A DNA stretch of 64,000 nucleotides from an uncultured bacterium (GCA_964387845.1 CAYLXA010000002.1:211584-275583); one strand, 5' to 3'; shown: positions 28,464 through 37,948, numbered from the stretch's first letter. The notes: generated by a model from the sequence alone, not told the origin. A program made the numbers and translations.

Positions 28464-28519
28464 AACCTCTGACCCCCACCATGTCAAGGTGATGCTCTAA
28501 CCAACTGAGCTAAGCGCGC
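28446..28519 (-). tRNA. tRNA-Val (anticodon GAC)
   Basis: The reverse complement reads GCGCGCTTAGCTCAGTTGGTTAGAGCATCACCTTGACATGGTGGGGGTCAGAGGTTCGAGTCCTCTAGCGCGCA. CCA is not encoded. Confidence 0.8.
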
Positions 28520-28819
28520 ATAACTCCTTATATACGTGTTAACTTCTTTAATTTAATATACTTACAGAATAATTTATTTATTTTCATGTGACTCCTAGAA
28601 CTCCTGAAATACCCCAAAATATCTCAATCCTTATCAGAGTTTTATCAGAGTGACTATAGCCAAAAATAATTCACCGCTGACTCTCACCTTATAAAGAACG
28701 TGCTCCACCTTAGCACTTCGTGATTTGGAAGCAAGTCGAGAAGGGATTTTATTAGAAAGGAGTCAGATTAGCAAGTTCTAATTGCGGGATTTTAAGCTGT
28801 CGGATTGCTCGTTTGCAAG

Positions 28820-29050
28820 CTAAAGCTTCCTTGCGACGTGAGGCCTTCTTGCTGATATGCAGTTCTGCGCCAGCCAGGAATTGATTCTATCTCCGTGATA
28901 TCGGACAGCTCGGCCAAGCTTCAAATGAGGTATCAATTTTCGGCTGGTTAATTTCCGGACATGGCTTTTTGAGATATTTAATAAAATAGCAAGCTCACCA
29001 GCAGTTAAAAGGTGTATCGGCCGGCCGTCGCTGTTCTCTTGGTTTTCCAT
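28820..29050 (-). CDS. excisionase/AlpA-like helix-turn-helix DNA-binding protein
   Basis: LLTAGELAILLNISKSHVRKLTSRKLIPHLKLGRAVRY matches the excisionase-family HTH pattern. The start was placed at the internal Met (MENQEN). Confidence 0.55.
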   Translation of the reverse strand: MENQENSDGRPIHLLTAGELAILLNISKSHVRKLTSRKLIPHLKLGRAVRYHGDRINSWLAQNCISARRPHVARKL

Positions 29051-29121
29051 CTGATCCTGGCCTAACCTCCTTTCATAATTTGTCAATCGAACCAGCACGT
29101 GCCATAACTGGAGAGGCTTCC

Positions 29122-29853
29122 TTATTGCCTCGTCAGTGACAAATAGGACTCCATATTGCCAATCCCTTTCCAGACTCCCTCAATTCGAATCGCCACAGTC
29201 GGGACCATTCTGTAAAGCCAAGTAATAAAATCACCGAGCCTGTCGGGTTCATGCTTGTAGATTTTTAGATACTTATAGATCATGAAAGGAATTTCCTTCG
29301 GCAAAAAGTAGACTCCAGCGCTCACCAAAGACGATTTGGGCGCACGGGGCTTTTCGTCAAAACTTGTAACAATATGATCCTCGTTCATTTCAATGACGCC
29401 ATACTTCTTTGCTTGTTCAAGTACTTTTACATCATAGGCGGCTAACACCGGTCTCGGCATATGATGCAGAGCTTGCAAGATAAAATGATTCAGAGGGTAA
29501 TCAAAATAATTATCGCTTGCCAAGACCAAATATTCCGAACCTCTCACTCTGGAGTCGCAGACTGCATAATAAAGGTCTAAAACTGCGCCGTTTCTTTCGT
29601 CATTGGAATTTATCCCATTATTCAATATATGAATTGGAAATGCGTACTTTTGAAATGACTTCCAATACACAAACTGCTCATAAAACCGGTTGTTCGTCAC
29701 AATCAAAACAGAATCCGGTCTTGTCTTGGCGACATTTTCCATCAAATGGTCCAGCAGGCACTTACCACCGATATCAAGCAATGCTTTAGGCTTACCGAGA
29801 GTTAAGGGATAAAGCCTTGTCCCGAATCCTCCCGCGAGAATAATCGTGTTCAA
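29122..29853 (-). CDS. sugar-phosphate nucleotidyltransferase (NTP_transferase family)
   Basis: ILAGGFGTRLYPLTLGKPKALL is a nucleotidyltransferase signature, over 243 aa. Confidence 0.7.
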   Translation of the reverse strand: MNTIILAGGFGTRLYPLTLGKPKALLDIGGKCLLDHLMENVAKTRPDSVLIVTNNRFYEQFVYWKSFQKYAFPIHILNNGINSNDERNGAVLDLYYAVCDSRVRGSEYLVLASDNYFDYPLNHFILQALHHMPRPVLAAYDVKVLEQAKKYGVIEMNEDHIVTSFDEKPRAPKSSLVSAGVYFLPKEIPFMIYKYLKIYKHEPDRLGDFITWLYRMVPTVAIRIEGVWKGIGNMESYLSLTRQ

Positions 29854-30104
29854 TTCCGCACCTCTGCACTCGGGATTTTCAGCACAAAGACTGATTTGAT
29901 TTGGACAAATCCGCGTAAACCCGGCACAAGACCTACCGGCGGATTGGTAAGCCGAACAAGGATTCGTGATACATATTTTGTCCGGTAGATTTTCACGATT
30001 GTTTCTTCAACCTTGGCGTCCTTTTCGGAGATTTCACCGTCGAAATTTCCCCGTACTGAATTAAACGTTACTCTAGCCCTGTCACCTACTTTTACATGGT
30101 TCAA
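29850..30104 (-). pseudogene. possible C-terminal fragment of an RND membrane-fusion (HlyD-family) protein
   Basis: This 84-aa ORF resembles an MFP C-terminal beta-domain (VRLTNPPVGLVPGLRGFVQIKS...LKIPSAEV) and has no N-terminal part. Confidence 0.3.
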
Positions 30105-30339
30105 CTTCTCTTCTGTGATAAATGCCTCAAAATAGAACTCCTTGGGCTTTTTTCGAGAGTCACACTTTCTGCTACTGATTCAAATTTAATACTAAGTTCT
30201 TAAATGATGCAATTCCTTTCCGCAATTTTCTTGGGGTTATCTACTCACAAGAGATGAAAATCTCGCCACGCTAGATATTTTTTAGACAAAGCCTTGCAAA
30301 AGTTTTATAAAAAACCGAGACCTTTATCTGTCAAAAGGA

Positions 30340-30722
30340 CTAACTCGACCTATGAATCAGTCCTTTAGATAAAAGAAACTCGAACACCTTATCGTGATCA
30401 AAGGGCTTATCAAAGAAGGCGTCGGCCCCTTTCGTGAGCATGGCATATTTGAGAGTTGTATCCGCCGATATGGCGCAGACAATAACGTCTGGCCTTTTGG
30501 ATTTGAATATGCCCAATAGCTCAGTTCCATGCAATTTATCGCTTTCGTCCAAATGACCATCCAAGAAAACAACATGTGGATTGAATTTATCGAAGAGCTG
30601 AATGACGTATTCAGAAGTAGCCGCTTCTTCAATTTGAAAATGCGTTCCGGAAATATCTCGGTAGAATCCCTGACCTCATCATATCCTCCTCGATCAAGAG
30701 TCGTTTTTTCTTGTGGGATCAT
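30340..30722 (-). pseudogene. CheY-like response regulator receiver, disrupted by two frameshifts
   Basis: Three successive frames read MIPQEKTT / LLIEEDMMRSGIL / RDISGTHFQIEEAATSEYVIQLFDKFNPHVVFLDGHLDESDKLHGTELLGIFKSKRPDVIVCAISADTTLKYAMLTKGADAFFDKPFD. Joined, they reconstitute a complete REC domain. Confidence 0.55.
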
Positions 30723-30941
30723 TTGCTTAAACTGTGCGAATCTTGATCAGTTTGACAAATCATGTTTTAGAATTCCGGGGTTGTTCGATCCGTCTTCCCT
30801 ACAAAATTGTAAAGAAAGTGGCCATTTTTGTATTGTCCTTCACTGTTAACTTTCAAAATTTAAATGTTTCCTCCTTATTTTTTAGTTATGATGCCTTTGG
30901 CATGATTCCTGCAGTTAAACCTGCCTGAGAGGTTAAAAAAG

Positions 30942-31487
30942 ATGAAACTATCATTTAAAATTGCAGCTGCCTTGGGGTTGTTGCTTGGATTAATCAGCAC
31001 TTTCTATGTGCAAAATGGATTTTGCAATGATTCAGTCATCCCAGGCAAATATTTTGGGCACAAGTTGGCAGGAGATCAATATCTTCAATCCGAGAAATTT
31101 AATTCTGCAGTTTCAGAATATGAAAACGCTCTCCGAGTCAATCCAAAATCGACGGCAACTTACTTTAATCTTGCAATCGCCAGCTATTTAAACGGAGATT
31201 TAAGAGGAGCTGTTTCAGCGCTTGAAAAACTGCTTAAACTTGATCCCGCTGATGTTGAAGCTCATTACAACTTGGGATGTCTGAAGTTAATTTTGCAAGA
31301 TTTGAATGGCTCTAAGGCTTCGTTTGAAAAAGCAAAACTGTGTCGCGGCCAAAACCCCGCATTTTCTCCACTCGTGAGCCAAGGCCTTGAGTTTCTGGAT
31401 GAGTTTACGAAACTCGATCCAGCCACCCAAGACCTTAACCTATTTTTCCTTCAAGCATCACTTCCCGCACAAACCCTTGTTTCGTAA
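30942..31487 (+). CDS. secreted TPR-repeat protein
   Basis: It has a signal peptide and TPR-like repeats (AVSEYENALRVNPKSTATYFNLAIASYLNGDLRGAVSALEKLLKLDP). It is the only supported plus-strand gene. Confidence 0.55.
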   Translation: MKLSFKIAAALGLLLGLISTFYVQNGFCNDSVIPGKYFGHKLAGDQYLQSEKFNSAVSEYENALRVNPKSTATYFNLAIASYLNGDLRGAVSALEKLLKLDPADVEAHYNLGCLKLILQDLNGSKASFEKAKLCRGQNPAFSPLVSQGLEFLDEFTKLDPATQDLNLFFLQASLPAQTLVS

Positions 31488-31493
31488 ACCGCA

Positions 31494-31889
31494 TTATCGC
31501 GTAAACGCCACAATATCTTTTGTGCCGGAAACACGGCTTGCTGGTTTATACTCTGACATTGACGGATGAGTTTCAGCCAAACTTTGCCGGTTTTCATCGC
31601 CTCTTTTTAAAAAAGCGACGACATCCTTGGTTCCGCGGGCTGACTCCGGGGCATTGGACTCAAACCTCATGCGTGAAGGCTCAAGTGTAGGCTTCGGTGC
31701 CTTCTGAAGTGCAAGATACTCGTGATATTTGTTCCATGCCACAATCGGCTTCGTTCCAGAGTATTCTTTCTGGAAATCAGCCAATGTTCTCATCGGCATC
31801 TGCTCGCCTGATATTTCTGCCGTTAAAATAGGCGTTGTACTCAAAATAAACGCGACTGTTAAAGCTATAATCAAATATCTGTTTTTCAT
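31494..31889 (-). CDS. secreted protein, paralog family A (GTKD[IV]VAF repeats)
   Basis: After a signal peptide comes the block ADFQKEYSGTKPIVAWNKYHEYLALQKAPKPTLEPSRMR, and then two GTKDxVAF(T/L)(R/K) repeats. It is a paralog of 45444-45851. Confidence 0.5.
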   Translation of the reverse strand: MKNRYLIIALTVAFILSTTPILTAEISGEQMPMRTLADFQKEYSGTKPIVAWNKYHEYLALQKAPKPTLEPSRMRFESNAPESARGTKDVVAFLKRGDENRQSLAETHPSMSEYKPASRVSGTKDIVAFTR

Positions 31890-31962
31890 GGTAGTGCTCC
31901 TTTCCGCTATTGAAACACGTTGAAGGACAAAAAGTTCCTTCAAAGAAACGAGTGGGTGGAAA

Positions 31963-32346
31963 TCAAATGCGAAGCACGAGATTTTTGATGAAGAGTTTTG
32001 GAGCTGATAAAGAAAATATCTGAGGAGGGGAAGTAGTTTTTAAATCCTGCTCTTGAAAAAATCCGCGAGAGACCTGCTCGGCTTCAATGCTCGCTTGATG
32101 CTGAAGTATCGGTGTTTTCATTTCGATACCGTTGCCGATCTTTAGCGCAAAAAGGGGCAGCATGCTCATGAGGCCATACTCGCTGCATTTACCCATCGGA
32201 CAATTAGGCATTCGATCGCAGCAATCATGCGATTTGGAAAATCGCAGGTGATCGCCCATTTGCGCGGCAGCGCATGGACAAAGATGAATCGCTGCGAAGC
32301 TAAAAATCACAAGCATTAAGATTAGAAAAGTTCTCTTATTTCGCAT
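31963..32346 (-). CDS. small secreted Cys/His/Met-rich protein (putative metal-binding)
   Basis: The signal peptide is followed by HLCPCAAAQMGDH...HDCCDRMPNCPMGKCSEYGLMSM. Confidence 0.45.
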   Translation of the reverse strand: MRNKRTFLILMLVIFSFAAIHLCPCAAAQMGDHLRFSKSHDCCDRMPNCPMGKCSEYGLMSMLPLFALKIGNGIEMKTPILQHQASIEAEQVSRGFFQEQDLKTTSPPQIFSLSAPKLFIKNLVLRI

Positions 32347-32478
32347 TTTGATTTCTCTGTAATAATTATAACACCTAAAGAACGCGGCTTCTAATTCTCA
32401 TCGCCACTAATACTTTACGGACTTTGGCTTAAAAATTTGAATTTTTCATGCCACTTTTACCTTATTTTCACACTACTT

Positions 32479-33879
32479 TTACCTGGCCAAGGGTACTGTT
32501 TCTTGATCCAGAGCAACTTTTGCTTGCCAACCGAATCGGTTCTTAATTTCAGAGGCAAGATGTTCTGCGCCAAGCGGTTCTCCGTGGACAATATAAACGG
32601 AACCAGGCGGTTTTTTAAATCCTGAAAGCCATTTCAAGATTTCCTCTTTGTCCGCATGAGCAGAGATACCTTGGAGAATCTCGACTTTCGCACAAACCTG
32701 AACCTCCGCGCCATGAATCCGAATTCTTTTGGCGCCTTCTTGCAACGACCTACCGCGAGTTCCGGCTGCCTGGAAGCCAGCCAAAAGAACCGTAGTCTTT
32801 GGGTCAGGAAGTCTTAATTTTAAATGATGAAGAATACGGCCGCCGGTTGCCATGCCGCTTGCGGAAATAATGATCATGGGGCCTGAAAGATCATTAAGCT
32901 TCCTTGATTCCTGAGGCGTGCGTACGAGATGGTATTGCTTGCAGCACAAAGGACATTTGTGCTCATCCATTAATGTTTTCATGTCCAAATCGTGATCTTC
33001 GGGATGTCTGCAATAAATATCTGAAACGTTAATAGCCATAGGGCTGTCGACATAAACTGGAAGTTCCGGAATTTGTTTTGCTTCTTCAAATTGACGAATC
33101 ATCCAGATCAGTTCCTGCGCTCTTCCCACAGCAAACGCGGGTATGAGAAGAACGCCTCCTTTTTGCGCTGTCTCATTGATCACGCGCACAAATTCATTTT
33201 CTGGATCAGGTGGATGAATCCGGTTGCCGTAAGTGGATTCGACTAACAAAATATCCGCTTCCGGAACAAATTCCGGATCACAAATCATCGGCTGATTCCA
33301 GCGACCCAGATCGCCTGAGAAAACGAGCTTTATAGGGCTCCCTTCTCCGATTTGCAACTCCACAATCGCAGAACCCAGAATGTGACCCGCGCGCCAAAAT
33401 GAGCCCGCGATGCCTTTTGCAATTTGAAATGGTTTGTGGTATTCAACCGACCGAAGATATCCAAGCGCTTTTTCGGCGTCTTCTGTCGTGTAAAGAGGAA
33501 GAGCCGGTTTATGCTTGGAGCAACCGTGGCGATTTGCAAATTCCGCCTCTTCCTCTTGCAAATGAGCCGCGTCAAGAAGCATGACATTAAGAAGATCCTT
33601 TGTGCCCGATGTGCAAAATATCTTTCCACGGAATCCTTCACGTACGAGTAAAGGCAAATAGCCCGAATGATCAATGTGTGCATGACTCAAAGCAATCGCA
33701 TCCAAATCGGAGGGATTAAACGGCGGCTTCGCCCAATTCCGCAAGCGGAGTTGCTTCAAACCTTGAAAGAGGCCCGCATCAAGCAAAATCTGCGAACGAC
33801 CCATCCGGATCAAATATTTGGAACCCGTCACAGTTCCGGCACCCCCAAAAAATGATAAGGTTGGAGAAGATTTATCCAT
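32479..33879 (-). CDS. MBL-fold metallo-hydrolase of the beta-CASP (RNA-metabolising) family
   Basis: HAHIDHSG is the MBL motif 2, and beta-CASP and C-terminal RMMBL-like regions follow. The start was set at the internal Met (MDKSS) to remove a likely artifactual extension. Confidence 0.7.
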   Translation of the reverse strand: MDKSSPTLSFFGGAGTVTGSKYLIRMGRSQILLDAGLFQGLKQLRLRNWAKPPFNPSDLDAIALSHAHIDHSGYLPLLVREGFRGKIFCTSGTKDLLNVMLLDAAHLQEEEAEFANRHGCSKHKPALPLYTTEDAEKALGYLRSVEYHKPFQIAKGIAGSFWRAGHILGSAIVELQIGEGSPIKLVFSGDLGRWNQPMICDPEFVPEADILLVESTYGNRIHPPDPENEFVRVINETAQKGGVLLIPAFAVGRAQELIWMIRQFEEAKQIPELPVYVDSPMAINVSDIYCRHPEDHDLDMKTLMDEHKCPLCCKQYHLVRTPQESRKLNDLSGPMIIISASGMATGGRILHHLKLRLPDPKTTVLLAGFQAAGTRGRSLQEGAKRIRIHGAEVQVCAKVEILQGISAHADKEEILKWLSGFKKPPGSVYIVHGEPLGAEHLASEIKNRFGWQAKVALDQETVPLAR

Positions 33880-34696
33880 GCTTTGTCGCCCTTGAAACAT
33901 AACACGAAGGATCCGCCTCAAACTTTTGCGCACAGCCTTGAGAACAAAAGAAATAGATTTTGTTCTTGTGTATTTTTTTAACAACCGCCGTTTTGAGAAG
34001 AATCCACATCCCACAAACAGGGTCGAGTTTCATGCCAGGTTTCGGATGATGCATCACACCCAAAGCGCTCTTGCCATTAAAATGGGACGGTTTCTTGAAA
34101 TGTTCCTTTTGATAAACGTTGATTAATCGTTTAATCAAATTTCCCGGTTCTTTTGAGTAAACAACACGGGCGCCGGTTTCCTTCTTGCAAGCAGCCAGAA
34201 TATCCCTTGCGATGTTGCTGATTCCGCCCGTTCCAGTGAGCACACCGATTAATTTTCCTTCATCGTAAGCGATCGCAAGCTCACCCAAAGTTCCGCTCCG
34301 GCCGCCAATGATCACGACGATATCCGAGCTGCGGATATTCACAACTTCGCGCCCCATAAGACCGCTTCCGGTATAAATCAGGATGTCGTGAAACTCGGTT
34401 GGGGAATGATACTTATTCACATGCTCGTCAAGACTAAGAGCAGGGGAAATTCCGACAACGATTCCATCTTCTTGCTTTGCCCCGCAAGCTGAAGCAAGTG
34501 GAAGGCCGGGACATGCTCCTGTAATGAGCACGCAGCCATTCTTCGCAATCGCTTCTCCTAAAAGGTGAGCTTTCTCAAGATGGAATTTCTTGATTTTCCC
34601 TGTAGCGCCGCCCATCACACCGATTTTCACTCGCATTCCGGCAATAGAAGGCGCGCTTGTCTTCCTATCGTTATGCATTATCCTTTTAATTCCCAT
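33872..34696 (-). CDS. LOG/TIGR00725-family Rossmann protein fused to a C-terminal YHS metal-binding domain
   Basis: The LOG-like part reads GVMGGATG...IGGRSGTLGEL. The C-terminal part reads DPVCGMWILLKTAVVKKIHKNKIYFFCSQGCAQKF, which fits the YHS pattern. Confidence 0.6.
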   Translation of the reverse strand: MGIKRIMHNDRKTSAPSIAGMRVKIGVMGGATGKIKKFHLEKAHLLGEAIAKNGCVLITGACPGLPLASACGAKQEDGIVVGISPALSLDEHVNKYHSPTEFHDILIYTGSGLMGREVVNIRSSDIVVIIGGRSGTLGELAIAYDEGKLIGVLTGTGGISNIARDILAACKKETGARVVYSKEPGNLIKRLINVYQKEHFKKPSHFNGKSALGVMHHPKPGMKLDPVCGMWILLKTAVVKKIHKNKIYFFCSQGCAQKFEADPSCYVSRATKHG

Positions 34697-34992
34697 TAAC
34701 TCTTCACTTTTTTCTCTAGCTCAGGTTCACGTTTTAACATTTTGTCAATGTATCGCTCCGTGTTTTTTTTCATAGCTTCCTTACACCTCTCAACGAGCGG
34801 GCAACAAACGCCATAGCGCTTCCCGTCAACAACGACAAAATCTTTCCCGTTCACGGGGTTGCCGCTCACAGGACAGTATTTGTTCCCAACCTCAACAACT
34901 TGAGTTGGTGTAGCCGGAGTTGCAGGGTCCGCATACAGATAAACGTTTCCAAACAGTATCGCAACCAACATCAAAAAAATTATTATTTTCAT
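34696..34992 (-). CDS. secreted YHS-like Cys-rich protein
   Basis: A signal peptide is followed by NKYCPVSGNPVNGKDFVVVDGKRYGVCCPLVERC. It resembles 48521-48949. Confidence 0.45.
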   Translation of the reverse strand: MKIIIFLMLVAILFGNVYLYADPATPATPTQVVEVGNKYCPVSGNPVNGKDFVVVDGKRYGVCCPLVERCKEAMKKNTERYIDKMLKREPELEKKVKS

Positions 34993-35005
34993 GACGGCGC
35001 CTCCT

Positions 35006-35206
35006 TTATTTTTTTAATTCGAGATAATTTTTGCCGTTTTCTTGCTTCATCACCACATGACCTTCACGACAGAGCCAGCCTACTGCCATCAAACCTACTT
35101 CTTTTCCTATTGAAACTTTTTGAAGAACATGTTCAAGCTCCAAAGCACCGTGTTCATCGAGCATTTTCCAAATTTCACCGGCTGTGATTCCGATTTCTGT
35201 GATCAT
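35006..35206 (-). CDS. small winged-helix-like protein, paralog family B
   Basis: The 66-aa sequence is MITEIGITAGEIWKMLDEHGALE...LMAVGWLCREGHVV. It belongs to the same family as 44026-44343 and 56918-57139. Confidence 0.55.
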   Translation of the reverse strand: MITEIGITAGEIWKMLDEHGALELEHVLQKVSIGKEVGLMAVGWLCREGHVVMKQENGKNYLELKK

Positions 35207-35214
35207 GTTCTCAC

Positions 35215-35601
35215 TTAACCACCTTCACAATACTTCCTGTGATCGTCCTTTCTCAAAAGCCGCTCATCCCAAAGCCAAATGAGCGCCAGAAAACCAAGCG
35301 ACCAACCGCCGATTTGAGATGGCACTTGATGAAAAATGGCGGCAACTACGAAACTGCTTACCAAAAGAATAAGTAAAGTCGGCAAGAGATTTCGATGGCA
35401 CAAAAACGACATGAAGCTTCTCAAGAGAAAAACGGATAGAGAAACCAGCATCACGATTCGCAATATCTTTTCGCTTGCCATCCAACCGAGTCCAATTGCG
35501 CTAAGCGAAGCGACTAAAAAAGGCAGCGCAAAGAAGCACAACCCGGCGCACATCAGACTCAAGGGACTTGCAAAGTTACATTTTTTCATCGATGCGCTCA
35601 A
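35215..35601 (-). CDS. small Cys-containing membrane protein (MerT-like, tentative)
   Basis: It has three or four TM helices, an MCAGLC motif in TM1 and a C-terminal KYCEGG. Confidence 0.35.
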   Translation of the reverse strand: MSASMKKCNFASPLSLMCAGLCFFALPFLVASLSAIGLGWMASEKILRIVMLVSLSVFLLRSFMSFLCHRNLLPTLLILLVSSFVVAAIFHQVPSQIGGWSLGFLALIWLWDERLLRKDDHRKYCEGG

Positions 35602-35631
35602 ATGTTATAAATTACCGGGTGCGAGAAATGT

Positions 35632-36615
35632 TTACGTTGCCAAAATCGGTAACAGTTTCAAACGAAATGGGTTTAACAACTTCTTCTCTGTAAACGCTTG
35701 CCGAAAGGGCGTCATCACAAGCTGCCCTTTTATTTTTCCGACAGCAACTTTCGTTTTCCCATGAATCATCTGCTCCGCAGCAAAAGCTCCCAATTCGGTT
35801 GCGAGAATTCTGTCCTGCGCTGTCGGTGATCCGCCCCGCTGCAGATGCCCCAAAACAACAACCCGATACTCATTGCCGCTCATTCTCTTAAGTTTTTCAG
35901 CGACTTGAAATGCGCCTCCCTCTTTCTCCCCTTCCGCAATAACAAGGATGCTGCTTGTTTTTCCTTTTTTCCTTGATAAACACAGCCGGCCACACACTTC
36001 CTTCAGCACAGTTTTGATTTCCGGCGTCAACACCTCTTCGGCTCCGCCCGCAATTCCCACATCGAGCGCAATAAACCCTGCTTCTCGGCCCATGACCTCA
36101 ACGAGAAAAAAACGTTCGTGTGACTCTGCCGTGTCACGAATCTTATCAATCGCATCCAAAGCAGTGTTGACTGCTGTGTCGTAGCCAATTGTCGAATCTG
36201 TTCCATACAAATCGTTATCGATGGTCCCCGGAATTCCAATGATTTTGCCTTTCCATATTTTAGAAAGATCAAGTGCTCCGCGATACGTTCCATTTCCACC
36301 AATCACAAGCAGACCGTCAATTTCCCTTTGCTCTAAATTAAATTTTGCTTGTTTTAAACCCTTGAGTGTTTCAAACTCTTTGCAACGCGAAGTTTTGATA
36401 ATTGTTCCACCTCTTTGAATAATATTAGAAACCGAACGAGAGCCAAGTTCGATAAACTCATTCTTAATTAACCCCTGATAACCTCTTAAAACACCGCAGA
36501 CGTTAAGACCTGAGTGGGTTGCAATACGTACGACAGCCCGTATGGCTGCGTTCATTCCGGGCGCGTCTCCGCCGCTTGTGAGCACTGCTATTCTTTTAAG
36601 CTTTTCTTTTGGCAT
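35632..36615 (-). CDS. 6-phosphofructokinase (second copy)
   Basis: IAVLTSGGDAPGMNAAIRAV is a PFK signature, over 327 aa. Confidence 0.8.
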   Translation of the reverse strand: MPKEKLKRIAVLTSGGDAPGMNAAIRAVVRIATHSGLNVCGVLRGYQGLIKNEFIELGSRSVSNIIQRGGTIIKTSRCKEFETLKGLKQAKFNLEQREIDGLLVIGGNGTYRGALDLSKIWKGKIIGIPGTIDNDLYGTDSTIGYDTAVNTALDAIDKIRDTAESHERFFLVEVMGREAGFIALDVGIAGGAEEVLTPEIKTVLKEVCGRLCLSRKKGKTSSILVIAEGEKEGGAFQVAEKLKRMSGNEYRVVVLGHLQRGGSPTAQDRILATELGAFAAEQMIHGKTKVAVGKIKGQLVMTPFRQAFTEKKLLNPFRLKLLPILAT

Positions 36616-36641
36616 AATCTGACGCTCTCAATCAATCGAAT

Positions 36642-36863
36642 TCACCGAAGCATTGGGCACATGCTCTTCCAGTGCAGTAACGGGCAACCATAAAACAGAA
36701 AAAACAAAGCGACGCCTAGAAGCAAAACGACCGTCCAAAGCAGAACATGCTTGTTTCGTCTTTGAATGTTGCCCACAACACTTCGGAAAAGTGATTGCAG
36801 TGCGAGCCGAAGTTCTAGGTTTGCCTCCTCTATGCTCTCACCCAAATTTCTCTGATTCTCCAT
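36642..36863 (-). CDS. small membrane protein, hypothetical
   Basis: The 73-aa ORF has one TM helix and is tightly packed within an operon. Confidence 0.25.
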   Translation of the reverse strand: MENQRNLGESIEEANLELRLALQSLFRSVVGNIQRRNKHVLLWTVVLLLGVALFFLFYGCPLLHWKSMCPMLR

Positions 36864-36888
36864 GACGCACCTCCCATTTTAACTTATC

Positions 36889-37248
36889 TCACTTGCTTTG
36901 AAGCTTAGTAGCCTGTATGCGATGCCATTTAACAAACTCCGAATAAGACCTCTTCAACTTTTCAGCGGCTTTGATCACCGCATCACAATGTTTTTCCATT
37001 TCTTCAATACGGCCAGTCCAATGAATTTTTTCATTCGTTCCATAGGTAAAGCGATACTCTTTTTTCATTTTGAGGTGGCTCGCGATTTCAATATCCAGCT
37101 GGGCAATCTTCTCCTCATAAGAAATCGCCTGTTCAAGGTGATCTGCTACTAAGCGACCTTGCTCTGCTTCTGCCTGCAAAGGGTAAACCCACAGCAAATT
37201 TAGAATAATAAAAACATTTATTGTTTTTGTAAGATTTTTTCTTTGCAT
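36889..37248 (-). CDS. periplasmic protein, paralog family C
   Basis: It has a signal peptide and the motifs AISYEEKIAQLD...MKKEY...EKHCDAVIKAAEKL...WHRIQATKL. It is a paralog of 47639-48049. Confidence 0.45.
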   Translation of the reverse strand: MQRKNLTKTINVFIILNLLWVYPLQAEAEQGRLVADHLEQAISYEEKIAQLDIEIASHLKMKKEYRFTYGTNEKIHWTGRIEEMEKHCDAVIKAAEKLKRSYSEFVKWHRIQATKLQSK

Positions 37249-37312
37249 CTTTGCCTCCAGCCGTTCAGACCAATTTATATTTCTGCTCCGATACATTATA
37301 AATTTACAACAT

Positions 37313-37651
37313 TCATACATGATGACATGAGCATTCCTTGCCATTGCATTTGCAGGGTTTTGGTGCGTGTTCGATAAGACTTGACTTCAAATTCTCTGCA
37401 ACGGTTTCGGTGCCCTTTAAAGATTCTGCGAGCACGGAAAGGCTTGTCGCTTGAGTCCCAAGTTTTCTGCCCGTATTTTGGATGTGTTCAAGTAATGCAA
37501 GCTTCGCGCACTCATCGCACGTTGGAAGCTGTCCCAAAGCTTCTTCAAAGCGTTGGGCTGCTTTGACTATATTCTCAAGCGCGGAGCGCAATTCATGCAA
37601 ACCTATCCGCTTCCAAATTTGTTCTGACGATGAGAAAAGATCTTCTGACAT
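37313..37651 (-). CDS. cytoplasmic protein with a C-terminal Cys/His cluster
   Basis: The 112-aa protein ends in PKPCKCNGKECSCHHV. Confidence 0.4.
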   Translation of the reverse strand: MSEDLFSSSEQIWKRIGLHELRSALENIVKAAQRFEEALGQLPTCDECAKLALLEHIQNTGRKLGTQATSLSVLAESLKGTETVAENLKSSLIEHAPKPCKCNGKECSCHHV

Positions 37652-37948
37652 TTAAAACACCTCCATCACACAATTGACTGTCCCAAAAGGATTTGGAACG
37701 CATTCCTCCGGAAGTTGATCGCTCTGCCAGACTCCGTCCGCAAGAAACCGGTATTCATACCGGCCGGGAGTGAGCTCAATGGTTACTTTCCATGTCCCAT
37801 CTTCTTCTTTTTTGAGCGGATTTTTTGTCAGATCCCAATTGTTGAATGTGCCCGCAATTTGAACTTGTTTTGCTTCAGGGGCGTAGAATTCAAATGATGT
37901 TTTTCTCTTCCGAGCTTTTCTTTCTTTGCTTACGTTTTTTGTTTCCAT
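37652..37948 (-). CDS. stand-alone CBM48 / AMPK-beta glycogen-binding-like domain protein
   Basis: FEFYAPEAKQVQIAGTFNNWD...GTWKVTIELTPGRYEYRFLADGVW matches the E-set/CBM48 pattern. Confidence 0.5.
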   Translation of the reverse strand: METKNVSKERKARKRKTSFEFYAPEAKQVQIAGTFNNWDLTKNPLKKEEDGTWKVTIELTPGRYEYRFLADGVWQSDQLPEECVPNPFGTVNCVMEVF

